Below are positions 33,037 through 41,882 of a stretch of 64,000 nucleotides of DNA, piece by piece. Below the pieces are notes generated by a model. The model was not told the DNA's origin and did not search any database. It saw nothing but the letters and a program-made list of their open reading frames with translations. The translations under genes were made by a program, and so were the position numbers. Source of the stretch: a candidate division FCPU426 bacterium (GTDB taxonomy: Bacteria; Oederibacteriota; Muellerivitia; Muellerivitales; Muellerivitaceae); the NCBI GenBank assembly GCA_963830915.1, contig CAWHOE010000006.1, positions 268,197 to 332,196 on the forward strand, read 5' to 3'. Position 1 is the first letter of the stretch; each line of letters starts with the position of its first letter.

Positions 33037-36000
33037 GAAAGGCTCGATCGGTGGCGTCATGGTCGGTGTGAACGTGAATGTCATCGACGGTGTCGGTGAA
33101 AAGGTCTGTGTTGGGCTCAAAGTTGGAGTCGGGGTCGCCTGGCTGACAACCGCTAACGTCCCAGGCACCGGCACCCCAGTGAAATTGACAGCTTCACCAT
33201 TAGTGGCTGTAGCTCCACTCACGTTGAATTGATAGCTACCTGTGGCACCTGTTACGAAGGTCGTCGTGACGTCATAGACCGCGTTCGTATTGGCGACAAC
33301 CGGGTTAGAAATGTTAAATACTGCTGTGTTACCCGTGAAAGTCGTTGTGGCCAGCGGGATTCCACTCCTTGATAGAACGACCAAGGAGATGTCCGAGGAC
33401 GGACTCCCTGACTCGGTAATAGTCACGGCGTTCATTGTGAAATTGGTTGTACTCGGGTTGTTGAACTGAACCTCATCAACAGTGACCCCTGAAGAGCCGC
33501 TAAGAACAGAGATGGTAGACGGCGGCGCGCCAGGACCTTCACTACCCGAGGATGTAACCGGAGTGAAAGTCGGTGTATTAGTCCAGGTAAAGGTCGCAGT
33601 ATTGGTAAAGGTGAATGTAAAAGTTCCCGTAAATGTCTTGGTAGACGTGTTAGTAGCCGTAAAGGTGTTGGTCCAAGTTGCGGTATTGGTCGGTGACATG
33701 GTCATCGTAGGTGTGTAAGTCATGGTCGGGGTATAGGTGAGGGTAGCAGTCATAGTGGACGTGGATGTTCCCGTATTGGTAGCAGTGGCGGTTGGGGTTC
33801 TGGTTTGAGTCGCGGTGGATGTACTTGTAGGTGTGAAGGTCAAAGTTGGAGAAAGTGTATAAGTTGGGGTGAAGCTTTCTGTAGCGGTAAAGGTGGACGT
33901 ATGGGTGTCGGTTTGAGTCGCAGAATTGGTAGGAGTGGAAGAAGAAGTCGGCGATAAAGTTTCCGTCGGCGTATAGGTAATGGTTGGGCTGAAAGTATCC
34001 GTGGGAGAGAACTGTAATGTATCTGTCGAGGTGGCGGTCGCAGTACTGGTGTAAGTTTTGGTGGGAGTGTCGGTATAAGTACTTGTTGGCGAGTTGGTGG
34101 CCGAAGACGTATAAGTTAACGTCGGGGTAAATGTAATGGTAGGTGATAAAGTTGGGCTAGAAGTAGCTGTATTTGTCCCGGTGAGTGTAAATGTTGATGT
34201 GATGAGCGGCGTGATAGTAGGCGTGAATGTAATAGTTGCCGTAGCTGTACGTGTGGAGGTATTTGTCGACGAAGCTGTAAAAGTTCCGGTAGCCGTAGGA
34301 GTTAAGGTAGAAGTGCGTGTACCGGTATTGGTAGCGGTATTGGTGAACGTTGAAGTTATTGCCGCTGTAGGTGTAGATGTGTTTGTGGCCGTTGCGGTAA
34401 TAGTATAAGTCGCAGTTAACGTAGATGTAGATGTGGCGGTTTTGGTTGGCGTGACTGTTGCTGAAGCGGTAGCTGTATTTGTGAATGTATTGGTAACCGC
34501 TGGGGTAGCCGTAGGGGTAGATGTCGGTTGGAAAATAGGCGTGGCCGTAGGAGGAGGTGTTGCCGTCATAACGGTTACAGGGGTTTGGGTGGCTGTCGCA
34601 TTCACGAAATTGATGCAAACCTGATCAATGTGGAAACCAAATGTGGACGGAGCCTGATTAGTCTGCCATTGCAGAGAGGTTACGTTTTGTAACGCAACAT
34701 CCTCAGTGTAAGAAACCCCGCCACTGACCGGCGGACAACTCCCCGCTCCCCAATTCTGGCATTGGATGCTAGCGCGAGGGACGATAAATTGCTGCCAGGT
34801 ATTGGCAGCCGTGATCACGCAATTATACCCGTATTGGTTACTATTCCCCCCACCCGTAACATCAATTGCCGGATTATAGAAGTTCAAACGCAAGGTGCAT
34901 GCGGCCGTAGCTTGGGCGTAAAATGAAATTTGACTCATGTAATTTGGCGCAGTGAGATTTTTATATCCACCTGTCATGGTCGCAGGACCAAGTTCGGTAG
35001 CAAGCGAGAACCCTGCGTAAACAGTTTCGGATTGGCTCGTAGTGCCGGTGGGCGGATAAACGACCATCGTAGTGCCACCATTGATGGAATACCAACCGGT
35101 GACCTTAGCAGAATAATACGACCCATTGGCTCCCATTGAACTATCAACGATATAAGCAGCGTTCGAGACACCAGCTAATTGGGGTGTACCGACCGGCGTG
35201 CTATTCACGCTTGCGTATGCAAAGGTAAACCAATAGCCATCCGTGGCATTCAACGATGAGTCATTTTCCAGGTCAGACAACATGAAACAAGCCTGAGGAA
35301 TGGGTGTTGGAGTTGCTGTACAAACACTAGGCGCACAAGGATTGACGCCACAGACCAAATCCTCGAAGTTTCCGCTACCAATCAAAGCACCCCACATACA
35401 AAGACTATCCTGGAAATAAGTGAATGTTCCTTGGCTCCCGAAGCCATGCCCGGTGGCGTTAGTGATCATGTTCCACATGGTATCCGCGTCAGTCTGGTTG
35501 CCCAAAACCATTTCAGACACCAATGCCCCACCCACTTGCAAGCCTGATGTATTGGATCCGCTAGGCGCACCGCTTTGTATGTTCCAATATTCCTCGATCT
35601 CATTCCCAACGGCAGTTCCGCCTGTAACCGCCGTGTTTATGGAGGTCGCCATTTTCCCAACGAAACTCAGGGCTCCCGAAGAACCATTCCAAAGGTAATC
35701 AAGACCAACACGGATGGGATACCGCGAAGCGTCATAACCCATACTCATGGTATTCTCGGTTGCTCCCGTCCCATTAGGATTGGCCGTATCAGGCATGAAT
35801 CCGGTGGGATAAGTATTATAAAGAGAAGAGAAATAATCGTTATAAACCCAAGTGACGACATTGTTCCAATAATGGGTTGACACACTATCCTTACCTTGCC
35901 AGCAACGATACCAAGCCGGTTCCATATAGCTGGAATAGTAGGGGTATTGATAAGCGTCACCGGAATAAACCCGATAGTCGGTATTGCCGATTTCAGTGTT

Positions 36001-36564
36001 ATAGATCCCGTTCGCCATCAATTGGAACGTATTTTTAAAATTATAACCCGATATAGCCGAACCCCACTGGGCGTCAGCCATCAACATGGCCTCGCACATA
36101 TCCTCGTCAGCGTCAGTAGCGGAATTGCCGTTACAGCCAGAGCCTCCGGGGCAGGTCCAATTCATTAGGTTATTGTTGTCTTTGTAGTTGCTGTAATAAT
36201 TGTAAAGACCTTCCATGAGGGTCAGATCGCCCATCTCGCAAGCGAATAACATTCCATAACCAATACCCTCGGAAACAGTATCATTGCCATTGGCGCTACC
36301 CCGAGAAACTCGAAGACAACCCGAACAACCACCATTGACTACCGCGCCTGCGTACCATTGATTGTACATTGTGGAAACGGCCGCATTCAAAGTAGCCTGG
36401 GAATAAACAGCCGTATTCAACATGGTTCCATGGGGATATGTGACTTGATGAGGAAATGGATATTTGGGTGCGCCAGAGTTGATGTTCTGAGCGAAAAGAT
36501 TTCCCCCAGTTAATAGAAACATGAACAAAAGAGTAATGGAGATTTTTTTAAAATGGATTTTCAA
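32767..36564 (-). CDS. GH8 glycoside hydrolase with CIA30/CBM11-like module, x-Thr stalk, shared beta domain and T9SS-like CTD
   Basis: TVSEGIGYGM, SATDADED, GYDASRYP; signal peptide ending LFA-Q; TTG start with RBS. Confidence 0.88.
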   Translation of the reverse strand: MKIHFKKISITLLFMFLLTGGNLFAQNINSGAPKYPFPHQVTYPHGTMLNTAVYSQATLNAAVSTMYNQWYAGAVVNGGCSGCLRVSRGSANGNDTVSEGIGYGMLFACEMGDLTLMEGLYNYYSNYKDNNNLMNWTCPGGSGCNGNSATDADEDMCEAMLMADAQWGSAISGYNFKNTFQLMANGIYNTEIGNTDYRVYSGDAYQYPYYSSYMEPAWYRCWQGKDSVSTHYWNNVVTWVYNDYFSSLYNTYPTGFMPDTANPNGTGATENTMSMGYDASRYPIRVGLDYLWNGSSGALSFVGKMATSINTAVTGGTAVGNEIEEYWNIQSGAPSGSNTSGLQVGGALVSEMVLGNQTDADTMWNMITNATGHGFGSQGTFTYFQDSLCMWGALIGSGNFEDLVCGVNPCAPSVCTATPTPIPQACFMLSDLENDSSLNATDGYWFTFAYASVNSTPVGTPQLAGVSNAAYIVDSSMGANGSYYSAKVTGWYSINGGTTMVVYPPTGTTSQSETVYAGFSLATELGPATMTGGYKNLTAPNYMSQISFYAQATAACTLRLNFYNPAIDVTGGGNSNQYGYNCVITAANTWQQFIVPRASIQCQNWGAGSCPPVSGGVSYTEDVALQNVTSLQWQTNQAPSTFGFHIDQVCINFVNATATQTPVTVMTATPPPTATPIFQPTSTPTATPAVTNTFTNTATASATVTPTKTATSTSTLTATYTITATATNTSTPTAAITSTFTNTATNTGTRTSTLTPTATGTFTASSTNTSTRTATATITFTPTITPLITSTFTLTGTNTATSSPTLSPTITFTPTLTYTSSATNSPTSTYTDTPTKTYTSTATATSTDTLQFSPTDTFSPTITYTPTETLSPTSSSTPTNSATQTDTHTSTFTATESFTPTYTLSPTLTFTPTSTSTATQTRTPTATATNTGTSTSTMTATLTYTPTMTYTPTMTMSPTNTATWTNTFTATNTSTKTFTGTFTFTFTNTATFTWTNTPTFTPVTSSGSEGPGAPPSTISVLSGSSGVTVDEVQFNNPSTTNFTMNAVTITESGSPSSDISLVVLSRSGIPLATTTFTGNTAVFNISNPVVANTNAVYDVTTTFVTGATGSYQFNVSGATATNGEAVNFTGVPVPGTLAVVSQATPTPTLSPTQTFSPTPSMTFTFTPTMTPPIEPFPVLYPNPSDGSGPVSIHPSAYFGISDVKIQVFTVAFRKVQEKFYHSVPAGQDIPLLLNDKWGKPMASGLYYVVVSTNRGRSIGKLLLLR

Positions 36565-36808
36565 TGTTCTCTCGTATCGTTTTTTTATATTTCAAATAAT
36601 TCTATCCGGGGAGAAAAGCCTACGCCCGGGATAGGAGTCTGTAAACAGCAATTTCCATACCCTTTTCATCAAAATAGTTTACCGATAAACACTTTCGCTT
36701 CCTAAATAAGGGTTTTCCCTTATATCTCGATCTCCCTGTCAATTGTCAGTATTCGGTTATAAACCGTCCAAAATTCTGACAAAAACATCGGGTTATTGAA
36801 ACCCGTTC

Positions 36809-37072
36809 TCACCGTAATAAAAGGAGTTTAAGGATCGATTTTCCATAAATCCCATTGATCACCACATAGTAAGGTCCGCTGGAAAGAGCAATTCCCTTTT
36901 TGTCGATCAATTCCAAACTTATTTCCAATCCAGGTGTTTCAAAGTAAGTCTTGTCTTGTACCTTTCTGAAAGCTGTCGTAAATATCTGGACCTTAACATT
37001 CCCGGAAAATGTGTATGGAAAATGGATCTTTACCGGGTTCTTCCCATCCGTTGGGTTTGGATAGACCACAGG
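36809..37072 (-). repeat. Conserved C-terminal sorting domain, copy 6 of 6 (most divergent)
   Basis: PVVYPNPTDG...IFTTAFRKVQ...DKKGIALSSGPYY...LKLLLLR. Confidence 0.85.
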
Positions 37073-40000
37073 AATAATACTTCCGGTAGGTGTGAGTGTT
37101 GGCAAAACGAACGTTGGAGTCATTGAAATGGTCGGAGTGTGGGTCAAAGTCCAGGTCGCCGTTGGAATGACAGCTGTGTTCGTTGAAGTTAAAGAAAAGG
37201 TTGGCGTAAAAGTGGCGGTCGTCGTAAAGGTCCGCGAGAATGTGAAAGAAGGGGTGAAAGATAACATTGGCGAAAAAGTATAAGTAGGCGTCCAAGTGGT
37301 CGTAAAGGTCTTGGTCCAAGTCGAAGTCGGCGTGAAAGAAAGGGTGGGGGGTAAGGTTCCTGTGGATGTGACCGTGAAGGAATAGGTCGATGTAGGTGTA
37401 TAGGTTGATGTAGAAGTCATCGCGGGTGTTTCCGTAGCGGTCTCAGTTCTTGTTGCCGTTGCTGTTGAAGTCGCGGTATTGGACGCCGTGGAGGTTTCAG
37501 TCGGGATTCCCGTCTTAGTATTGGTGGCAGAAGTCGTCGCCGTCCAGGTCCATGTCGATGTTCCGGTGGGTGTATTCGTCGGCTGCGGTGTCAATGTCCC
37601 GGTAGGGGTTTTAGTCGGGGAAAATGTTGCCGTCGGTGTCATGGACCAAGTGAAGGTCGAGGTCGGCGTAAAAGTCAGGGTATTCGTCTTGGTATTGGTC
37701 ATGGTGGCCGTAGCCGTACTGGTTTGAGTATTGGTCCAAGTCGAAGTATAGGAGGGCGTCGAGGTTGATGTGAACGTGTTTGTCCCTGTCGAACTATTAG
37801 TGGCGGTAAATGTCCAGGTTGCCGATGCTGTAGGGGTTTTGCTTGACGTTGGTGTTGGTGAAGAGGTTGGACTAAGCGTTGGCGTAATGGTAAAGGAATT
37901 TGTCGGGGTGGGAGTGGGCGGTATGATAGGGACTATAGCTATGGCCATGATCGTGGCTTTGTCTACTGACGCGGTTTCATCCAACTCCAGGGTACCGGAC
38001 GTTACAGTCACGGCGTAGGTTTGGTCGTAGGCGACGTTCTCACCCCCGGATTTCGCGAAAATATCCAAACCTGAAACGACTGCTGTTCCATTCAACACCA
38101 CATTGAAGACCCTTTGCCCAGTATTGGTGTGGTTGGTCTCTGCCCACTTCAGGGTGACGTCATAAACCCGGTTGGGTAGGGTAAAGATATAAGTAACGCC
38201 CGTATCTGCCCTCTCCGTCTCGTAAAGGGTTTGGTCCAGCGTATTGGATATCGGCCCAGCGCTGCTATAAGCGGTGCCAGCTGTGTATCCCCAACTACCC
38301 GAAACATAAGCCTTGTCGGCCAACCAAGTGATACCCGAAGACCCACTCACATACTGGGGTCCAGCGCAATTCACATAAAGAGGTGTCGCGCTGGGTGTAA
38401 ATGTGGCTGTAGGAAGTGTTCCAGTAGCGGTAAAGGTTGCTGTGGGAGTTGCCGTAGGCGTCGGCGGTGGCTGGGTAGGCGTGTTGGTCGGTGTCACGGT
38501 CCAAGCCACGGTCGCGGTTGGAGTAGGCGGCGTTGTAATGCGTAAAACCTGGATGGCATTGACCTGGGATGTGTCTGTGGTCGAAGTGAAAACGATGTCC
38601 AATTGGCCGGTAGTGACCACCACGGTCGTAGGAACATCATAAGCGATATGCTCCCCGCCCGCGGCTGCATAAACATCCAAGCCAGTAATGACCGGTGTTC
38701 CCGCTGCTGTAACGCTGAACACTCTATCGCCCGCTTTGGTCCAATAGTTCTCGCAGAACTTGAACAACACCTGATAATAGCCATTGGGAACCGTGAAATG
38801 ATAAATGGGATTCCCCCATCTTTCAGTCTGATAAAGGGTCTGTTGATTGTTGGTTGTATTAGCGATGGTCTGTCCCGTGTACGTGGAAATACTTCCCGTA
38901 GTCGTCGCGTCATAACCCCAGCTTCCTGCCGTGAACTCTTGGTCGGCCAGCCAAGTTTGTGGAACACCATCCGCGTATTGAGGTCCGCCGTTATTTACCC
39001 GTATAGTCAGGGGCGCGTAGGCGGATAGTGTTGGCGTTGGCGTGGGAGATGAATAGAGGTTATAGTCCAGAAAATTGTCCGACAGCATCAATAACGACAT
39101 GACGGTCCAAGACTCATCGTAATAGGTACCTCCTACGAGAAGTTTTGAGCCCACTAGATCACTATAGGTATCGTCGATGTATTGCTGGTAAGTTCGGCTT
39201 ACCATCGCGCCCACACCCGCTGGCCCCACGAACGCCGCCGATTGAAAACCAGGATTCTGGGACACCTTCAAGGTAGGAAGTTGGGGATCCTTGGTTCCGT
39301 TCAATTGATATCCATCCACAATGGAAACCGCCCCAATGGCCGAAAAAAAGTTACTGGTTTTGGTGGCGTAAGCTTGGGATGAGGCGGTCCCGAACCAAAG
39401 GTAATCTTCCGTGGTACGGAAGGGTGTCCGGCATGCGTCATATTGGTAGTCCCAAGGCGAATTGTTGGTATCGGTCGATACTCCCGCACTTGTGCACCAT
39501 GCCGAATCCAAACCGTTACTAGCGTTCCCATAACCTTGAGAAAGTTCACCGTTCAGAACGGTATAACAATTGGCTGCCACTGAAAGCCACCCATTATTCC
39601 CGGTCGTCGCTGCGAATTCCCGGTAATAACCCGGGGCGAAATAGGACGGATTGATCGGTGTAAATCCATCGCCTCCGTCCGGTATACCCCCATTCAATTC
39701 ATGGGCATAGAGGGCGTTGATCTGGTTGATCGCCAAGGTCAAGTATGGCGTACCGAGGGTTCCGCTTCCTCCCCATTGTTTGGCGGCCATCAATAAACCC
39801 CAAGCCATGTCTTCGTCGGCGTCCGTGGCCGCACCAGACCCATCGGTGGCGCCTGACGCATCGATGTACCAATTCATGAGGCCGTTTCCATCCAAGTGAA
39901 GTTGTTCGTATTTCCAAAGGTTATCGAATAGATTTTCGTCATTCATATAGACCGCGATGACAAAACCATATCCAATCCCCTCGGAGACGGTGGAGTTGAG

Positions 40001-40261
40001 ATTCAACCCCGAATCATTCGGTCTTTGGACTCTTAAAAAACCACCAGCGCCGGTCGAAGTGACGCAATCCGCGTACCATTTGTTATAAGCGGCGATGATA
40101 TCGGCATTGTTATAAATGGAAGAATGAAACCCATAAGGATTATCCCGATTTTGAGGAAACGAAAAATTACCCGGTCCATAATTGGCGGCGGCAAACACAA
40201 TTTGAGTGGAAGCCCAAATAATGAAGGCCAGATAGAAATGAGTTTTAAATTTAAAAAACAA
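36809..40261 (-). CDS. GH8 glycoside hydrolase with two malectin-like domains, x-Thr stalk and T9SS-like CTD
   Basis: TVSEGIGYG, AATDADED, NPSYFAP, YDACRTP; two repeats of (I/Y)xVN.GP..W.AD...LY(Q/E)TER...RVF(S/N)V...GLD(V/I) (malectin). Confidence 0.9.
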   Translation of the reverse strand: MFFKFKTHFYLAFIIWASTQIVFAAANYGPGNFSFPQNRDNPYGFHSSIYNNADIIAAYNKWYADCVTSTGAGGFLRVQRPNDSGLNLNSTVSEGIGYGFVIAVYMNDENLFDNLWKYEQLHLDGNGLMNWYIDASGATDGSGAATDADEDMAWGLLMAAKQWGGSGTLGTPYLTLAINQINALYAHELNGGIPDGGDGFTPINPSYFAPGYYREFAATTGNNGWLSVAANCYTVLNGELSQGYGNASNGLDSAWCTSAGVSTDTNNSPWDYQYDACRTPFRTTEDYLWFGTASSQAYATKTSNFFSAIGAVSIVDGYQLNGTKDPQLPTLKVSQNPGFQSAAFVGPAGVGAMVSRTYQQYIDDTYSDLVGSKLLVGGTYYDESWTVMSLLMLSDNFLDYNLYSSPTPTPTLSAYAPLTIRVNNGGPQYADGVPQTWLADQEFTAGSWGYDATTTGSISTYTGQTIANTTNNQQTLYQTERWGNPIYHFTVPNGYYQVLFKFCENYWTKAGDRVFSVTAAGTPVITGLDVYAAAGGEHIAYDVPTTVVVTTGQLDIVFTSTTDTSQVNAIQVLRITTPPTPTATVAWTVTPTNTPTQPPPTPTATPTATFTATGTLPTATFTPSATPLYVNCAGPQYVSGSSGITWLADKAYVSGSWGYTAGTAYSSAGPISNTLDQTLYETERADTGVTYIFTLPNRVYDVTLKWAETNHTNTGQRVFNVVLNGTAVVSGLDIFAKSGGENVAYDQTYAVTVTSGTLELDETASVDKATIMAIAIVPIIPPTPTPTNSFTITPTLSPTSSPTPTSSKTPTASATWTFTATNSSTGTNTFTSTSTPSYTSTWTNTQTSTATATMTNTKTNTLTFTPTSTFTWSMTPTATFSPTKTPTGTLTPQPTNTPTGTSTWTWTATTSATNTKTGIPTETSTASNTATSTATATRTETATETPAMTSTSTYTPTSTYSFTVTSTGTLPPTLSFTPTSTWTKTFTTTWTPTYTFSPMLSFTPSFTFSRTFTTTATFTPTFSLTSTNTAVIPTATWTLTHTPTISMTPTFVLPTLTPTGSIIPVVYPNPTDGKNPVKIHFPYTFSGNVKVQIFTTAFRKVQDKTYFETPGLEISLELIDKKGIALSSGPYYVVINGIYGKSILKLLLLR

Positions 40262-40579
40262 TGAAGACGCCTTGAAAAAAATTTAAAACGATCGATCGAC
40301 TAAAAACGATTCTTAAGATGAAAATATACTACCGTTCTTGAACTTTCTCCTTTGATTAGAGTGAAAATCGGGTTTCACGTTTTAATCTAATCGGACCATC
40401 AGCACAGCACCTGCGGGGTTCTATAACGTATTTCCTCGGAACTTGCTGTTCATGAAAAATTTTCCATGTCCCATTCCCAAAAACTCTATTCCATTGAAAG
40501 CGATACCAATCAGTTGCACCTTCAAGCAGAAGGGATACAATTGCCCGACTCATTTCATATTTTGCTTCAGGAGAATGTT

Positions 40580-41287
40580 ATGTTCGAGAACGTTCTAATT
40601 ACCGGATCAAGCCGAGGCATCGGCTTGGGACTTGTCAAAGTTTTCCTTTCTCAAGGGGACCATGTTTTCGCTGCCTGTCGCAGCCCTCAAGACTCAAAGG
40701 AACTCCAAACCTTGAAAAAGTCATACCCGGACTCTTTGGAATTGATTCAATTAAAGGTGGATTCGGATAGTTCCGTTCTTGCCGCCGCCAATGTTGTGGC
40801 CGCAAAAACGGACCATCTGGACATTCTCTTGAACAATGCCGGCATCTCCCCAGGGCAATCCATGGCCAAGTTGGAGGATGTGGATTTCAAGGATTGCAGG
40901 GACGCCTATGAAACCAACGCTCTTGGCCCCATGAGGGTCGCCCGAACATTCTTGCCGCTTCTTCATAAATCAAAAAAACCTCGGGTAGTGAACACGACCT
41001 CCGGGCTCGCTTCCCTTTCCGGCAAGAACAGTGGTGGATTTTACGCTTATGGTGCTTCCAAAGCGGCCTTGAACATGATCACCCGCACCATGGCCTTTGA
41101 ATGGAAGGAAGATGGGATCATCGTGGTTTGCCTGGATCCGGGTTGGGTCAAGACCGATATGGGCGGGCCAAACGCCATGTTGACGATCGAAGAATCGACC
41201 TCGGCCATCACGAGGACTGTCAAAGGATTGACCCTGGAGAAGACCTCGCAATTCATCTATAACGATGGGAAATCCATCAACTGGTAA
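40580..41287 (+). CDS. Short-chain dehydrogenase/reductase (C-factor-like)
   Basis: ATG at 40580 after CAGGAGA; TGSSRGIG, NNAG, YGASK, LDPGWVKTDMGG. Confidence 0.9.
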   Translation: MFENVLITGSSRGIGLGLVKVFLSQGDHVFAACRSPQDSKELQTLKKSYPDSLELIQLKVDSDSSVLAAANVVAAKTDHLDILLNNAGISPGQSMAKLEDVDFKDCRDAYETNALGPMRVARTFLPLLHKSKKPRVVNTTSGLASLSGKNSGGFYAYGASKAALNMITRTMAFEWKEDGIIVVCLDPGWVKTDMGGPNAMLTIEESTSAITRTVKGLTLEKTSQFIYNDGKSINW

Positions 41288-41299
41288 TAGGTCGCACCC

Positions 41300-41845
41300 T
41301 TAGAACAAGGGGCCTCTCAGGTCGATCAATCCCTCGGGCCATGATTTTTCCCCTAGAGGTTTCACTCGAAGCGGTTGTTCGGTCGTTATTTTTATTATTT
41401 TATCGGATACATCTAAATAACGGTAAGGATTCGCTTCTGCCCGATAACCCCTTGACCCATAGATCTTTCCGTCCCCGAACAACACGGCGAATGGCACTCC
41501 CGATACACTCAGGAACTTTTCCACTTCATCAAGCATGAGATGAACAAAACCCCTTCCCCGGCACAAGGGATGAACCGCCACTTCGGCGATTCCGCCCACT
41601 CTTACCTCGCCATATTCGGTCCCGAATAACTTGTCATGGACGGCGACCTGTGCCAATACCATTACTCCATCCTTTTGGATGAACCATCTATAGTGGGGTG
41701 TTTCCTTGAAATGTCTTTGGGATCGGTCAAGCCAATCGGGAGTGGCGGGGTAACAGACCGAAAGGAGTTCGATCAATTGCCGGTCAAGCGAAGGGGAAAC
41801 ATCTTTGTCCCAAACAAAGCTAACCTTGATCCCTTTCTCGGCCAA
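41300..41845 (-). CDS. GNAT family N-acetyltransferase
   Basis: VGGIAEVAVHPLCRGRG acetyl-CoA-binding motif; IYGSRGY. Confidence 0.85.
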   Translation of the reverse strand: MAEKGIKVSFVWDKDVSPSLDRQLIELLSVCYPATPDWLDRSQRHFKETPHYRWFIQKDGVMVLAQVAVHDKLFGTEYGEVRVGGIAEVAVHPLCRGRGFVHLMLDEVEKFLSVSGVPFAVLFGDGKIYGSRGYRAEANPYRYLDVSDKIIKITTEQPLRVKPLGEKSWPEGLIDLRGPLF

Positions 41846-41882
41846 AGAAGCTCTCCGTTCATTCGGTTAAGCGATTGAAATC

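Noticed and set aside
9809..40261. Classical Bacteroidota PUL, cellulosome, or diversity-generating retroelement behind the repeated tails
   Set aside because: No SusC/SusD, no cohesin/dockerin motifs, no reverse transcriptase, and tail differences are not adenine-specific.
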